Shown in pieces: positions 1 through 9,331 of a stretch of 64,000 nt of DNA; position 1 is the first letter of the stretch; the number at the start of each line of letters is the position of its first letter. The DNA is from Gemmatimonadota bacterium (GTDB taxonomy: Bacteria; Gemmatimonadota; Gemmatimonadetes; Longimicrobiales; Gaopeijiaceae): assembly GCA_034521595.1 (NCBI GenBank), contig JAXHMG010000003.1, positions 320,001 to 384,000 on the forward strand. Direction: 5' to 3'. The translations under genes were made by a program, and so were the position numbers. The notes under the pieces are model-generated. The model was not told where the DNA came from. It saw only the letters and a list, made by a program, of their open reading frames with translations, and did not search any database.

Positions 1-1010
1 TCGTATCGGCGCTCGAAGAGCTCGCCGCGCTCCTCGATGTCGGCGCGCGCGAGGTTCGCGTTCTGCCCGGAGCGGGAGAGCGCGTCCAGCGCCGCCTCGG
101 CCACTTGGCCCTCGCTGAGCCCGTGCTGGAACCCGAACGTCGCGGTCCACTGATACACCTGGTCCTCCCAGCGCCGCTCCAGCTCGGCCCGCTCCGCTTC
201 GGGCACCCGGACGTCGCGCCGCTCGGCTTCGGCGAGCGCCGCGGCGCGGCGTGCCTCGGGTTCCGTCACGCCCTGGTCGTCGAGCCAGGCGTCCAGCACC
301 GCTCGCGGGTCTTCGATCCGGGAGGCGACGGTGCGGACGACCGTGCTCCGCGCCTCCTCGAACGGCACGACCTCGCGGTCTTCGAGGCGGAGGATGTGGT
401 ACCCGTACTGGGTCTCGGTCACGGGGCTGATCTCGCCGGGCTCGAGCGCGAGCGCCGCTTCCCAGAACTCCGGAACCCACGAGCCTTCCCGCCCGGGCTC
501 GAGCAATCCCTCACGTCCTTCCGCACCCGGCTCCTCGGAGAGCTCGGCGGCGGTGGCCGCGAAGTCCGCCCCGTCCTGCAGTCGTTCCATGGCCCGCTCC
601 GCCTTGGCCCTCGCCTCGGCGCGGTGCTCTTCCGAGCGCCACCGCTCACTGGTGAAGAGGATGTGGCGGACCGTGAGCTCCCAGGCCGGATCCGTCATGT
701 ACCTGGATTCGAGCACGTCGTCGGAGACGTCGTTCTTCTCGAGCGTCAGCTCGGCCGCCAGCGCGTCGAGGCGGCGGTCGTCCATCCACCGCTCGATGAG
801 CGGCGCACCCAGCTCGTCGGTCGTGGAGTCCGCGACCGCGAGCCCGAACGCCGCGAGGTAGGCGAGCATCTCCCGGCGATCCTCGGAGAGGCCCAGGACC
901 TGGTCTTCGGTGAACGTGACGCCGTCGACGGCGACGGCGGGGGGCTCCGGGTCGCCACAGGCGGCGGCCGCGACGACGGCGATCAGGATCGTCTTGCGGG
1001 TGATGGACAT
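1..1010 (-). CDS. PpiC/parvulin-type peptidyl-prolyl isomerase, lipoprotein (3' end outside window)
   Basis: Absent from the ORF track. Manual minus-strand translation from ATG at 1010: MSITRKTILIAVVAAAACGD (lipobox) ... ELTVRHILF ... GADFAATAAELSEEPG ... WVPEFWEAALALEPGEISPVTETQYGYHILRLEDR, which are the rotamase motifs. Confidence 0.88.
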   Translation of the reverse strand, partial: MSITRKTILIAVVAAAACGDPEPPAVAVDGVTFTEDQVLGLSEDRREMLAYLAAFGLAVADSTTDELGAPLIERWMDDRRLDALAAELTLEKNDVSDDVLESRYMTDPAWELTVRHILFTSERWRSEEHRAEARAKAERAMERLQDGADFAATAAELSEEPGAEGREGLLEPGREGSWVPEFWEAALALEPGEISPVTETQYGYHILRLEDREVVPFEEARSTVVRTVASRIEDPRAVLDAWLDDQGVTEPEARRAAALAEAERRDVRVPEAERAELERRWEDQVYQWTATFGFQHGLSEGQVAEAALDALSRSGQNANLARADIEERGELFERRY

Positions 1011-1146
1011 GTATCGAAAGTGCACGAAGGCCGCCGGGTCGCCAACCGTGGGTGGCGTCGCCGCCGTGGATATGGGAGGTTGACGGGAACCCGGCTGCGC
1101 GCCGGGGTGTTCCCTCCCTCGTATCGTTTCCGTAGCCCCGGATCCC

Positions 1147-1878
1147 GTGGAAATCTTCGCCCTTCTGCAGATCGAGCCGGCCGGAGGCCTGTCCGAGGCC
1201 CTCTCGTCGAGCCCGCTCCTCGCGCTCGCCGTCCTGTTCGGCGCGGGGATCCTCACGAGCCTGACCCCGTGCGTCTACCCGATGATCCCGATCACGGCGG
1301 CGGTCGTCGCCGGGACGTCGCGTGAGGATCAGTCGAAAGCGCGGACCGTCGGCCTCACGCTGACCTATGCGGTCGGGCTGGCCAGCCTCTACGCGTTGCT
1401 CGGTGCCCTCGCGGGCGTGTCGGGGCAGCTCTTCGGCGCGGTGAGCGCGAGCCCGTGGGCGCGGCTGGCGATCGGCAATCTGCTCATCCTCTTCGCGCTG
1501 GCCATGCTCGACGTGATTCCGGTGCCCGTGCCCCGGAAGCTGATGGAGCGGGCCTCGCGGACCGAAGGCGGGTCGTTCGGAGCCGTGTTCGTGATGGGTG
1601 CGATGTCCGGGGTGGTCGCCGCACCGTGCGGCGCGCCGGCGTTCGCGGTGGTGCTCACCTGGGTGGCGGCCACGCAGGCCGGCCTCATGGGCTTCGTCTA
1701 CCTCTTCGTCTTCTCGTTCGGGATGACGGCGCTGCTCATCGTGGTGGGGATCTTCTCGAGCGCGGTGACGCTGCTGCCGAGCTCCGGCTCCTGGATGATC
1801 TGGGTCAAGCGTGCCGCCGCGTTGATCATGATCGGCATGGCGGAGTATTACTTCGTGCTGGCCGGCTACAACTTCTGA
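1147..1878 (+). CDS. Cytochrome c biogenesis / thiol-disulfide transporter, CcdA/DsbD-beta family
   Basis: Multi-TM protein with LTSLTPCVYPMIP and APCGAP, the two conserved Cys motifs. Confidence 0.9.
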   Translation: MEIFALLQIEPAGGLSEALSSSPLLALAVLFGAGILTSLTPCVYPMIPITAAVVAGTSREDQSKARTVGLTLTYAVGLASLYALLGALAGVSGQLFGAVSASPWARLAIGNLLILFALAMLDVIPVPVPRKLMERASRTEGGSFGAVFVMGAMSGVVAAPCGAPAFAVVLTWVAATQAGLMGFVYLFVFSFGMTALLIVVGIFSSAVTLLPSSGSWMIWVKRAAALIMIGMAEYYFVLAGYNF

Positions 1879-1919
1879 GCGGCTTCGACGCCGCTCGGGT
1901 TTTCACAAGGGGATATCTC

Positions 1920-2447
1920 ATGCGCGCAAAGCTCGCCTCCGCGATCGCGGTCTTCACGCTCCTCGGTCTCGGCACGCTCGTGCCGGGCGTCGCCGCCCAG
2001 TCCTCCGGAGAGGGCTCCGTCTCGCTTCCGATCGGGAGCGAGGCTCCGTCCGTCACGCTCGAGGACCTCGACGGCAACGAAGTCGACCTGCTCGAGCTCG
2101 TCGACGGCCAACCCGCGCTCATCGAGTTCTGGGCGAGCTGGTGTGAGCAGTGTGAAGCGCTGCAGCCGGAGATCGATCGCGTCCAGTCGATGTACGGGGA
2201 CGAGGTCCGCGTCGTCGCGGTGGCCGTCGCCGTGGCGCAGAACGTGCGCCGCGTCCGTCGGCACGTGGAGGGGGCCGGACACGACTACCCCTTCCTGTAC
2301 GACGCGCAGGGGACGGCGGTACGCGCCTACAAGGCACCGACGACCTCGGTCGTGGTGATGCTCGACGCCGACGGGCGGGTCGCCTACACCGGCGTGGGGC
2401 CCGACCAGGACCTCGTCGGCGCCGTGGAGCGACTGCTCGGGAGCTGA
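1920..2447 (+). CDS. TlpA/ResA-like exported thiol-disulfide oxidoreductase
   Basis: ATG at 1920, signal peptide, FWASWCEQC (CxxC) thioredoxin fold, directly downstream of ccdA. Confidence 0.88.
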   Translation: MRAKLASAIAVFTLLGLGTLVPGVAAQSSGEGSVSLPIGSEAPSVTLEDLDGNEVDLLELVDGQPALIEFWASWCEQCEALQPEIDRVQSMYGDEVRVVAVAVAVAQNVRRVRRHVEGAGHDYPFLYDAQGTAVRAYKAPTTSVVVMLDADGRVAYTGVGPDQDLVGAVERLLGS

Positions 2448-2448
2448 C

Positions 2449-3093
2449 TCAGGGCTCGACCGGCTCCGGCTCGGGCGTGACGCGGTCGACGATCTCGCCG
2501 AGCTCCTCGTAGGCGGTCGGGTCGACCTGGCGGAACTCGGGGATGACGCCGGCCACGTTTCCGTCCGGATCCACGACCACCACCGTGCGCATGTCGATGT
2601 TCGCGGTTCCGTCCTCGTCCCGGAGCGGCCCGCCGTAGCGCGCATAGGTGCCCGCGTCGTTGACCCCGTCGCTCGCGAAGATGAACGGAAAGTCGGTCTC
2701 GTGGAGCCAGGCGTGCAGCTCGTCTGCCGGATCCTGGGTGATGCCGAGCACCACGACGTTCCGGCCGTTGTTGAAGAGGCTCGCGTACTGATCACGGTAC
2801 GCCGTCATCTGGACTGTTCAGCCACTTCCCCGAGCGCGGAAGAAGAAGGCGAGCACGACCGTCTTGCCCCGGAAGTCGCTGAGGCTGACCGGCTCGTCGA
2901 GCACGCCGTACCGCGTCGCCGCGCGGAGCTCGAAGTCCGGTGCGGGCTCGCCGACCTCGACGAATTCGGCGCGGGCCTCGGACGCGGCGTCACCGGCCGA
3001 CGGTTCGGCCTCGTCCGCGGCGTCGGAGCCGCAGGCCGCGCCTGCCAACGCGAGGGCGGTCGTGGTGAGCAGCGTCATGGGAAATCGCTTCAT
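2449..3093 (-). CDS. Peroxiredoxin-like (AhpC/TSA, BCP-like) lipoprotein, probable selenoprotein (in-frame TGA at 2818-2820)
   Basis: Track ORFs 2818-3093 and 2449-2808 are in one frame: ...VVLAFFFRARGSG-TGA-TVQMTAYRDQY... aligns with BCP 'YFYPKDxTPGCTxEACxFRD' with TGA at the Cys. N-terminal lipobox AGAAC. Confidence 0.8.
2783..2802 (-). promoter_or_regulatory. Candidate bacterial SECIS hairpin
   Basis: mRNA GCGUAC-CGUGAUCA-GUACGC, stem starting 16 nt after the UGA. Identical in the paralog. Confidence 0.65.
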
Positions 3094-3142
3094 GGCTATC
3101 GTCCGATGGGTGAAGGTGTCTGTCGGGAGCGAGGCGCGCTGC

Positions 3143-3739
3143 TCAGCCGTCGCCTTCCTCCGGCTCCGGCGTCACGCGGTCGATGATCTCGGCGAGCTCG
3201 TCGTACGCTGCCGGATCGACCTGGTTGAACTCCGGGATGACGCCGGCGATGCGCTGGTCCGGTCCGACGACGATGACCGCGCGGCTGTCGGCCATGTCGT
3301 TGTCGCGCAACCCACCGCCGAACGCCGCGTAGGTGCGGCCCTGGTTCGCGCCGTCACTGGCGAAGAGGAACGGGAAGTCCGCATCGTACGCCCAGGAGCG
3401 GAGCTCCTCGGGGGAGTCGTTCGAGATCCCCATGAGCACGACGTTCTGACCGTTGTTGAAGAGGCTTGCGTACTGATCACGGTACGCTGTCAGTTGGACT
3501 GTTCAGCCACGCGTTCGTACGCGGAAGAAGAAGGCGAGGACCACGGTCTTGCCCTCGTAGTCGCTCAGACGGACCGGTTCCTCGAGCAGGCCGTAACGGG
3601 TCGCGCCCGGCAGCGCGAAGTCGGGCGCCATCTCGCCGACCTCCAACAATCCGTCGGGCTCGGCCTGCGCTTCGACCCGGTCGGGTGCGCCGAGCGCGAG
3701 CAGCGCCGTGAGCATCCCGAGGGATATCGCTTTTCGCAT
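3143..3739 (-). CDS. Peroxiredoxin-like (AhpC/TSA) exported protein, probable selenoprotein (in-frame TGA at 3503-3505)
   Basis: Track ORFs 3503-3739 and 3143-3439 are in one frame: VVLAFFFRVRTRG-TGA-TVQLTAYRDQYASLFNNG. Paralog of 2449-3093, with a signal peptide. Confidence 0.8.
3468..3487 (-). promoter_or_regulatory. Candidate bacterial SECIS hairpin
   Basis: Same GCGUAC-CGUGAUCA-GUACGC hairpin at the same distance from the UGA as in the paralog. Confidence 0.65.
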
Positions 3740-3921
3740 CGGTGACTCGTCTCCGTAAAAGATGAAGTGACTTCGTTCATTATGGGATGTCTCGAAGGGT
3801 CAGGCCATCCCCACGCTGGAAACATTTGGCGATATTCGCGATCATTCGCCATCTTTGGAAGGAAATCCCCCCCGATTCGCCACATATCCTTCGTGCTTCC
3901 GTCTGACGAGGTCTCTCTACC

Positions 3922-4380
3922 TTGCTCTCAACCGAGCCGACGCTGTTGGTCGTAGAGGACGCCAGTGACCACGCGGCGCTCATTCGCGTGGCGGCGCGCC
4001 GTGCGTTTCCGGGGCTCGACGTCCGCGTGGCCGGGGACGGCCGGGAAGGGATCGCCTATCTCGAAGGCACGCCCCCCTTCCAGGACCGACGCTCGCACCC
4101 GTTCCCGGATCTGGTCATCCTCGACCTGATCATGCCCGACATCGACGGATTCGGCGTGCTCGAGCACGTCCGGAGCCGGCAGTGGCGGGACCCGTTTCCC
4201 ATCGTGGTCCTCACGGCCTCGCCGGATCCCGACGCACGCGAGCGCTCGCTCGAGCTCGGCGCCGATCAGTACTATCCGAAGCCCGAAGAGCTCGACGAGC
4301 TCGGTCGCGTGGTCGGCGAGATCGTGAAGACCTGGCTGCGCGACCACGTGGCCATGGGCACGATTCAGCCGGCGCTCTGA
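3922..4380 (+). CDS. Single-domain response regulator (CheY-like receiver)
   Basis: LLVVED, PDLVILDLIMPDIDG, IVVLTAS and YYPKP receiver motifs. Confidence 0.9.
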   Translation: MLSTEPTLLVVEDASDHAALIRVAARRAFPGLDVRVAGDGREGIAYLEGTPPFQDRRSHPFPDLVILDLIMPDIDGFGVLEHVRSRQWRDPFPIVVLTASPDPDARERSLELGADQYYPKPEELDELGRVVGEIVKTWLRDHVAMGTIQPAL

Positions 4381-4392
4381 GGGCTGTTGCTG

Positions 4393-4545
4393 TCAGGGTT
4401 CTGACGCGGGTTCTTCCGTGAACTCCTCCGGCACGAAGTCGCGCATGTTCACGTAGATCACCACCGCCCAGACCGCCAGCGCGAGCGCGATCACGATCAG
4501 GCCGGTCTTCAGGTTGATGCGGGCGTCGCGGATCCACTTCAGCAC
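4393..4545 (-). CDS. Small single-TM membrane protein (50 aa)
   Basis: Below the track cut-off: MLKWIRDARINLKTGLIVIALALAVWAVVIYVNMRDFVPEEFTEEPASEP. GGAG precedes the GTG and codons are GC3-rich. Confidence 0.6.
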   Translation of the reverse strand: MLKWIRDARINLKTGLIVIALALAVWAVVIYVNMRDFVPEEFTEEPASEP

Positions 4546-4707
4546 GGTGCGCTCCGGGTTGCATATGGAAGGGGCGAGTGCGGTACGATCTCCACATCAT
4601 TGCGCGCCGGAAAGCCTCTGACAGGCAGCGACGACGAGGCACGCGCTTCGTAGCCCGGGCGTCACCTACCGAGATCGCGGCCGGAGGCCTATCTTTCCAG
4701 CCGCACA

Positions 4708-4780
4708 GGGGCCATAGCTCAGTTGGGAGAGCACCTGCTTTGCAAGCAGGGGGTCGGCGGTTCGAGCCCGCCTGGCTCCA
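4708..4780 (+). tRNA. tRNA-Ala(TGC)
   Basis: GGGGCCA...TGGCTCC acceptor stem (G3:U70), D-arm TAGCTCAGTTGGGAGAGC, anticodon loop TT-TGC-AA, T-loop GGTTCGAGCC. CCA is not encoded. Confidence 0.97.
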
Positions 4781-4845
4781 CTGGGGTTTCGTCGCCTTCG
4801 GGCGGTCTGTAGTGGCCGGGGTCCGAGATCCAGGGGGACCATCGG

Positions 4846-5330
4846 ATGGAAGGGCAGGACCCGCGCGCTGACGCCATGCTCATGGTGGGATACGCTCTCT
4901 GGCAACTCCAGGTGCTAGAGGAGGGTCTAGCCACCTTCCTGGTCCTCCGGCATTACGCCACGCTGGGGATGGGCCAAGAGGCTGCCCAGCCGCTGGTGGA
5001 CAAGGCGGAGGCTCGCACCATGGGCTCGCTGCTGCGGGAGCTGGTCACGAAGGGGTCCGTGGACCCGGACCTGGGCGACCGCCTCGCCGGCCTGCTGGCG
5101 GAAAGAAACTGGCTCGTGCATCGTTCCCGCCGCGAGTCGCGCGAGTTGCTCCAAGACGAAGCACGCGTGTCGCAGCTTCTTCTCGGCTCGACCGGATGGC
5201 GGACGAGGCCCTGGCGCTCTCAAAGCGGGTGGCTGAGGAAGTGGAGGCCCACGTGCTGAACGCTGGTGTCTCACGTGCCTACATCGACGCTCAGGCGGCC
5301 AAGCTGGCCGAGGAGTGGGGTCTCGCGTGA
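4846..5330 (+). pseudogene. HEPN-like hypothetical protein with one frameshift (~5183; may be a sequencing error)
   Basis: Contains RNWLVH (Rx4H). Another frame continues RLDRMADEALALSKRVAEEVEAHVLNAGVSRAYIDAQAAKLAEEWGLA* to TGA 5330, which overlaps the next ATG. Confidence 0.5.
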
Positions 5331-6046
5331 TGGGTGCAGTCCAAGCGTTCATCGACGGCGTGGCTCGGCTTCAACCTGTGATCGTGTCCGTCAGTGCAGG
5401 CACGGGTGCCGTGGTTGCGTTCCTGGGTCTTCGGGTATGGCGCGATCAACTGAAGGGGCCACTGAGTATGAGCTGGCCCGCCGGTTCCTTCGCGCGGCCC
5501 TTGAACTTCGGGACGCGATTCGCGACGTCCGCCGCCCCATGATCCTCAGTGGAGAGATTCACGCTGCCGCGAAGGAAGCCGGAATCGAGTTTGACCCCCA
5601 GTCACCCGGTCAAGAAGAGGCGGTGGCGGCCGCAAGAGTGCGTCGATGGAGGGGGGTGCAAGAGGCTACGTCTGCACTGCGTGTGGAAGAGCTGGAGGCG
5701 GAGGTCTTGTGGGGGCCACAGGTCGCCGCGTGCACAGAGGTACTTCATCAGGTTATCAGGTCCGGGTGGGTCGCTGACATGGAGTACAACGACCGGAAGG
5801 CGGAGAGGCATACGGACCGATGAGGATCGCACGCGAATACCGGAACTCCGGCGCATCATGTACGGCTCTGGCATTGAGGGCGACAAAACGGCGAGGGTGA
5901 TCGAAGATGCCGTTAGATCTGTCGAAGCCGAGCTGCGACCTCGGCTCGATCCTGGCTCCTCCGACTCCACACTCGAACGGGGTCGCTGGAATCCTCTATC
6001 GGTTTTGGTGGCCTCGGTGAGGCGCCTGAAGGGGTCTGATGCCTGA
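5330..6046 (+). pseudogene. Hypothetical protein with N-terminal TM helix, two frameshifts
   Basis: MGAVQAFIDG...LRVWRDQLKG / ATEYELARRFLRAALELRD... / DEDRTRIPELRRIMYG... is spread across track ORFs 5315, 5266 and 5549. Confidence 0.5.
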
Positions 6047-6659
6047 GGAAACGCTGAGGAGCCAGGTCGTCGCTGAGGGAAGAACCCGAATCGCGGCCGA
6101 GCGGGCCAGTGCGGAGAGCCACGTCATCGCCGCTGCCATCACTCTGCTGGGCGCTTTCGTGTTTCTCGTCGCCCTCGACCAGGACCCGGGCGGGGCTGTG
6201 GCCGGCCTCGCCGCGGGAGCGATCGTCTCTTTAGTGCTGAGCCTGGCGTTGCTCCTCTGGCACAAGGTCCGGTACCCCTTGAGGCGCCTGCGACTCGACA
6301 CTGAGCAAGTTGACCTCACCTATCGGTTTACGGACAAGATCCTGAGCTTCCACAAGACGTTCGTGTCGTCCTCGCCCCAAATTGCTCGCGAACTCGAAGA
6401 GGGATTCAGGCAAATCGAGCGCGGCGAAGAGCCGACCGCGACGGCCTACAGGGAGGCGCGGAGCATCATCGCAGCTTTCTTGCGAAACGTAGATAACGAG
6501 ACCCGGAACCTCCGGTCTCAGGTCATGCACAAGCCGCTCCCGGAAAAGCATGGCCGACTTCTCCATGTGATCGACCGGGTCGCGGCAAGCGCCCGATACC
6601 CGCTCTTCGGAGTTGGAGTTGCCCTGATGCTCGGCGCCATCCTGGCTAGGCTCTTGTAG
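6039..6659 (+). CDS. Hypothetical membrane protein (3 TM)
   Basis: 206-aa ORF overlapping the upstream stop, with hydrophobic segments near both termini. Confidence 0.6.
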   Translation: MPEETLRSQVVAEGRTRIAAERASAESHVIAAAITLLGAFVFLVALDQDPGGAVAGLAAGAIVSLVLSLALLLWHKVRYPLRRLRLDTEQVDLTYRFTDKILSFHKTFVSSSPQIARELEEGFRQIERGEEPTATAYREARSIIAAFLRNVDNETRNLRSQVMHKPLPEKHGRLLHVIDRVAASARYPLFGVGVALMLGAILARLL

Positions 6660-6742
6660 GGGGCGCACGGACACCCCGCCCTGGCCATGAGCACCGCACA
6701 AGCGGAACCAGGACAGGGGCCGTGGCGAGCCTCACCCGCAGG

Positions 6743-6767
6743 TGAACTGCCCCGGCATTGTCGAAGG
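6743..6767 (+). repeat. IS3-family (IS51/IS6110-like) terminal inverted repeat relic, left
   Basis: TGAACTGCCCCGGCATTGTCG resembles the TGAACCGCCCCGG IS6110/IS629-type end. No transposase follows. Confidence 0.45.
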
Positions 6768-6971
6768 AGCGGGCGGACGCAGGCTGGCAGATACCGTGCC
6801 TCCGCTCCTTCGGAGATGCCAAACCGCGAACGGCATGGATCTGAACCTCGCCAACCTTCTCTTCGTGCTGCTCGCGGCGTAGCTGGGCGGCGCATCTCAC
6901 CCTGGACACGCGAACGGGGTGCCCGCCACCTCGGCCGGACACCCCCGTTCACGTCAACCCGCAGGATCGGG

Positions 6972-7780
6972 TCAGTCGTCGAACTCGACCTCGAAGAAGC
7001 CGTTCTCGATCTCGATCTCGAGCTCCAGGAGCTGACCGGTCGTGTCGTAATCCCACTCACTCAGATCGCGCACGAACCCCTGGTTGTCGAGGAACCACAG
7101 ATCGGGCCGTATGTCGATGATGAGATCGCGGTTGGCCACCCCGTCGTTACCGATGACGAGGTTCGGAATGAGGTCCAGCTCGACCTCGACTTCGGCTTCG
7201 ATGAAGGTCCTGAACGTCACGGGCTCCCCACCTTCCGGCTGGAACGTTCCGGTAACGTACATGCTCGCGTTGTCGGGCCAGTCAGGCACGAGCGCGCGAA
7301 CCTCGTCCCTCAGCGCCGCCAGGGCGCCCTCCTTCTCGTCGTCGTCGATATCATCGATATCGATGTCTTCGACCTCGAAGTCGAGCTCATCGTACACACC
7401 CGGAGCGATGAGGGCCGAGAAGACGGAGATCGGGCTGCCGTCGAGCGGTAGATCGATGAGGTGGGGCTCCGCCTCGAAGTCCTCACAGTCGTCGAAAGTC
7501 TGGTCACCGAGGCCGTCGTCGTCGTCACAACCGTTTTCTTCCTCGAGCTCCATCTCGGAGACGATCATGAGGATCTCGTCGATGACGAGCGTGCCGTTCG
7601 TGCCATCGTACTGCACGGAGCGCCGGCCGGTCCGACAACGGAGGCGGCGGGAGCCGCACTCGCGGCGGCATCGGCCGTGCGGAAGCCGACGGTGACATTC
7701 TGGGGCCCGTCCACGCCGAGACTGTCTCCGCAGCCGACGAGAAGGAACGTGGAAAGAAGGGACAGGCCAACCGAGCGCAT
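6972..7780 (-). CDS. Acidic lipoprotein (DUF4382-like), frameshift near 7620
   Basis: MRSVGLSLLSTFLLVGCGD (lipobox) in ORF 7565-7825 continues as ...DGTNGTLVIDEILMIVSEMELE...IAPGVYDELDFEVED in ORF 6972-7838. Confidence 0.55.
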
Positions 7781-8104
7781 GCGGCTGGCGGAGGGGCTTC
7801 GCTGGACGGGAATATCTCTGTTCATTGTGGACTTGCAACCTGTTGAAGTTCGACGGGCCGGATGAGTCAGACTCTTTCTGCCCTACTTACCTGGCAACGA
7901 ATGGGCCAACACGCCTCACTGCGTGCTTACCTTACTGCACCACAATGATTTACGCGATACAACCCACTCTCTTTCGTGCTCGCAGGACTCGAAAAAAAAC
8001 AGATTATGGGGCACATAGTACGCATTTCGCACTGTTTTGGTGGAGAGCCCGCCGGCGTAGGCGACGCAGGGGAGCTGGAGCGGGCGGTCGAGCTCCGTCA
8101 TGGT

Positions 8105-8263
8105 GCGGTCCCCGCGGGAGATCGGATCACGGCCGATTGCGAGGCGCCATTCCCCGTGCGGGCCCGGACTGCGCCGGGTGACAGCGCACCGCACCTGCCG
8201 TGCGCGCGAGCGCGTCAAATTCTCAACCGTCGCTTGTGTCCAAGATCAAGCCGGTGGTGACAC
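8105..8263. repeat. ~160-bp non-coding repeat, copy 1
   Basis: Near-identical to 10030-10308, which has an extra 120 bp. Confidence 0.85.
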
Positions 8264-8308
8264 CAGCCTACAATCCTGCGACTCCAACCGTGGAGCACCA
8301 CCGCTAGA

Positions 8309-8563
8309 TCAGGACTCTGACCCCGTCGAAGAATAGGCCATCACGCAGGATGCCGAGTGCTGCTGGACCTGCAAGCGGACTTGATCTACTCTTCGTCCAT
8401 CTCCGCCCCACACCGGGCCCTGCTCCGGAAACTCGGCCAAGAGCTCAATGCGTTCGAGGAAGCTCTCGAGGAGACGGTCGGCCGCGCCCGGTCGGTCACG
8501 CGCGATATAGCCGAAGATCTCCGCAACTTGGCTCCGAGCCCGCTCGAGCCAGCGGACAATCAC
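8309..8563 (-). pseudogene. RelE/ParE-family toxin, C-terminal part apparently lost
   Basis: IVRWLERARSQVAEIFGYIARDRPGAADRLLESFLERIELLAEFPEQG is ParE-like, but the usual Y-x-I-x-Y ... I-x-x-V-x-H C-terminal strands are absent. GTGA overlap with the antitoxin stop. Confidence 0.6.
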
Positions 8564-8853
8564 TCGGCCAGCCGTGACCGGACGATTTCGCGGAGTTCCT
8601 GGGCAACCTGATCATGAGGTATTCCCCGCCCCTCAGCGAGTTCTCGCTCAGAGACTTGGATGTCCCGCAGGACCTCCAACTCCTCGATCAATGCCTCGTA
8701 GTCGGCGGCGCCCAAGAGGACCGCGGAACTGCGACCATGCTGGGTCAAGACGAGCGGACGACCGGTCTCACGCACTTGGTCCACGAAGGACGCAACGTTG
8801 GCACGGAACGCGCTGAGGGGTTGGATGTCTTCGGTGGGCTTGACGGTGGGCAT
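8560..8853 (-). CDS. Phd/YefM-family antitoxin
   Basis: PLSAFRANVASFVDQVRETGRPLVLTQHGRSSAVLL is the Phd/YefM N-terminal signature. Confidence 0.9.
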   Translation of the reverse strand: MPTVKPTEDIQPLSAFRANVASFVDQVRETGRPLVLTQHGRSSAVLLGAADYEALIEELEVLRDIQVSERELAEGRGIPHDQVAQELREIVRSRLAE

Positions 8854-8867
8854 GGCGAGCTCCTTAG

Positions 8868-8896
8868 GTACACGATACTGTACATACCGTCGTACA
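8868..8896. promoter_or_regulatory. Candidate Phd/YefM operator
   Basis: Three GTACA cores at 8868, 8880 and 8892 (exact 12-bp spacing) just upstream of the antitoxin RBS. Confidence 0.55.
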
Positions 8897-8992
8897 TAAC
8901 AGGGCCCGAAGCAAGTCGAGGCTGCGGCGGCAGCCGCTTCAGGTCCAACGGATTGGGAATTCTGCTGCGGCTCTCGTCAGGGATGAGTTCAA

Positions 8993-9280
8993 ATGAAGGA
9001 TGAACTATTCAACGAGCTCGTGGAGAGCGTTCGTGAAGGAGGAACGATCCTACGCGGTGAGGCGGACGCTTCCCGCGTCACGGATTGCGAGGATCCCGAC
9101 GTTGCCAGGATTCGCGAGGAGTCTGGACTCTCGCAGACGAAGTTCGCGGCACTCCTGGGGATCAGCGTGCGAACACTCCAGAACTGGGAACAGGGTCGAC
9201 GACACCCTCGGGGTCCGGCCAAGGTGCTTCTTCGCGTCGCGTCGAAGCATCCAAGAGCGGTCCTCGATTCCGTGAAATAG
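8993..9280 (+). CDS. Xre/HTH antitoxin (HigA/NadS-like)
   Basis: MKDELFNELVESVREGG...LSQTKFAALLGISVRTLQNWEQGRRHPRGPA. It is preceded only by an overlapping ...LVRDEFK* fragment that looks like the end of a lost HigB-type toxin. Confidence 0.85.
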   Translation: MKDELFNELVESVREGGTILRGEADASRVTDCEDPDVARIREESGLSQTKFAALLGISVRTLQNWEQGRRHPRGPAKVLLRVASKHPRAVLDSVK

Positions 9281-9331
9281 AGTCGTTACGCGACTCGTCT
9301 CCTGCCTCGGGCGCGATCCCCGACCGGTCAG

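Noticed and set aside
105-1325. 406-aa plus-strand ORF
   Set aside because: Antisense shadow of the PpiC gene. The minus strand carries the recognisable motifs.
2818-3505. Nonsense pseudogenes or genetic code 4/25 as the explanation for the TGAs
   Set aside because: The same position in both paralogs with a conserved hairpin argues against decay. TGA is the normal stop for most other genes in the window.
6762-6950. Hairpins at 6762-6812 and 6912-6950 as intrinsic terminators or attC
   Set aside because: The stems are real but have no U-tract and no AAC/GTT cores, so no function is assignable.
8105-8263. Possible cobalamin riboswitch or CRISPR repeat
   Set aside because: No B12-box or other riboswitch consensus. 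Only two long copies, no repeat-spacer periodicity and no cas genes.
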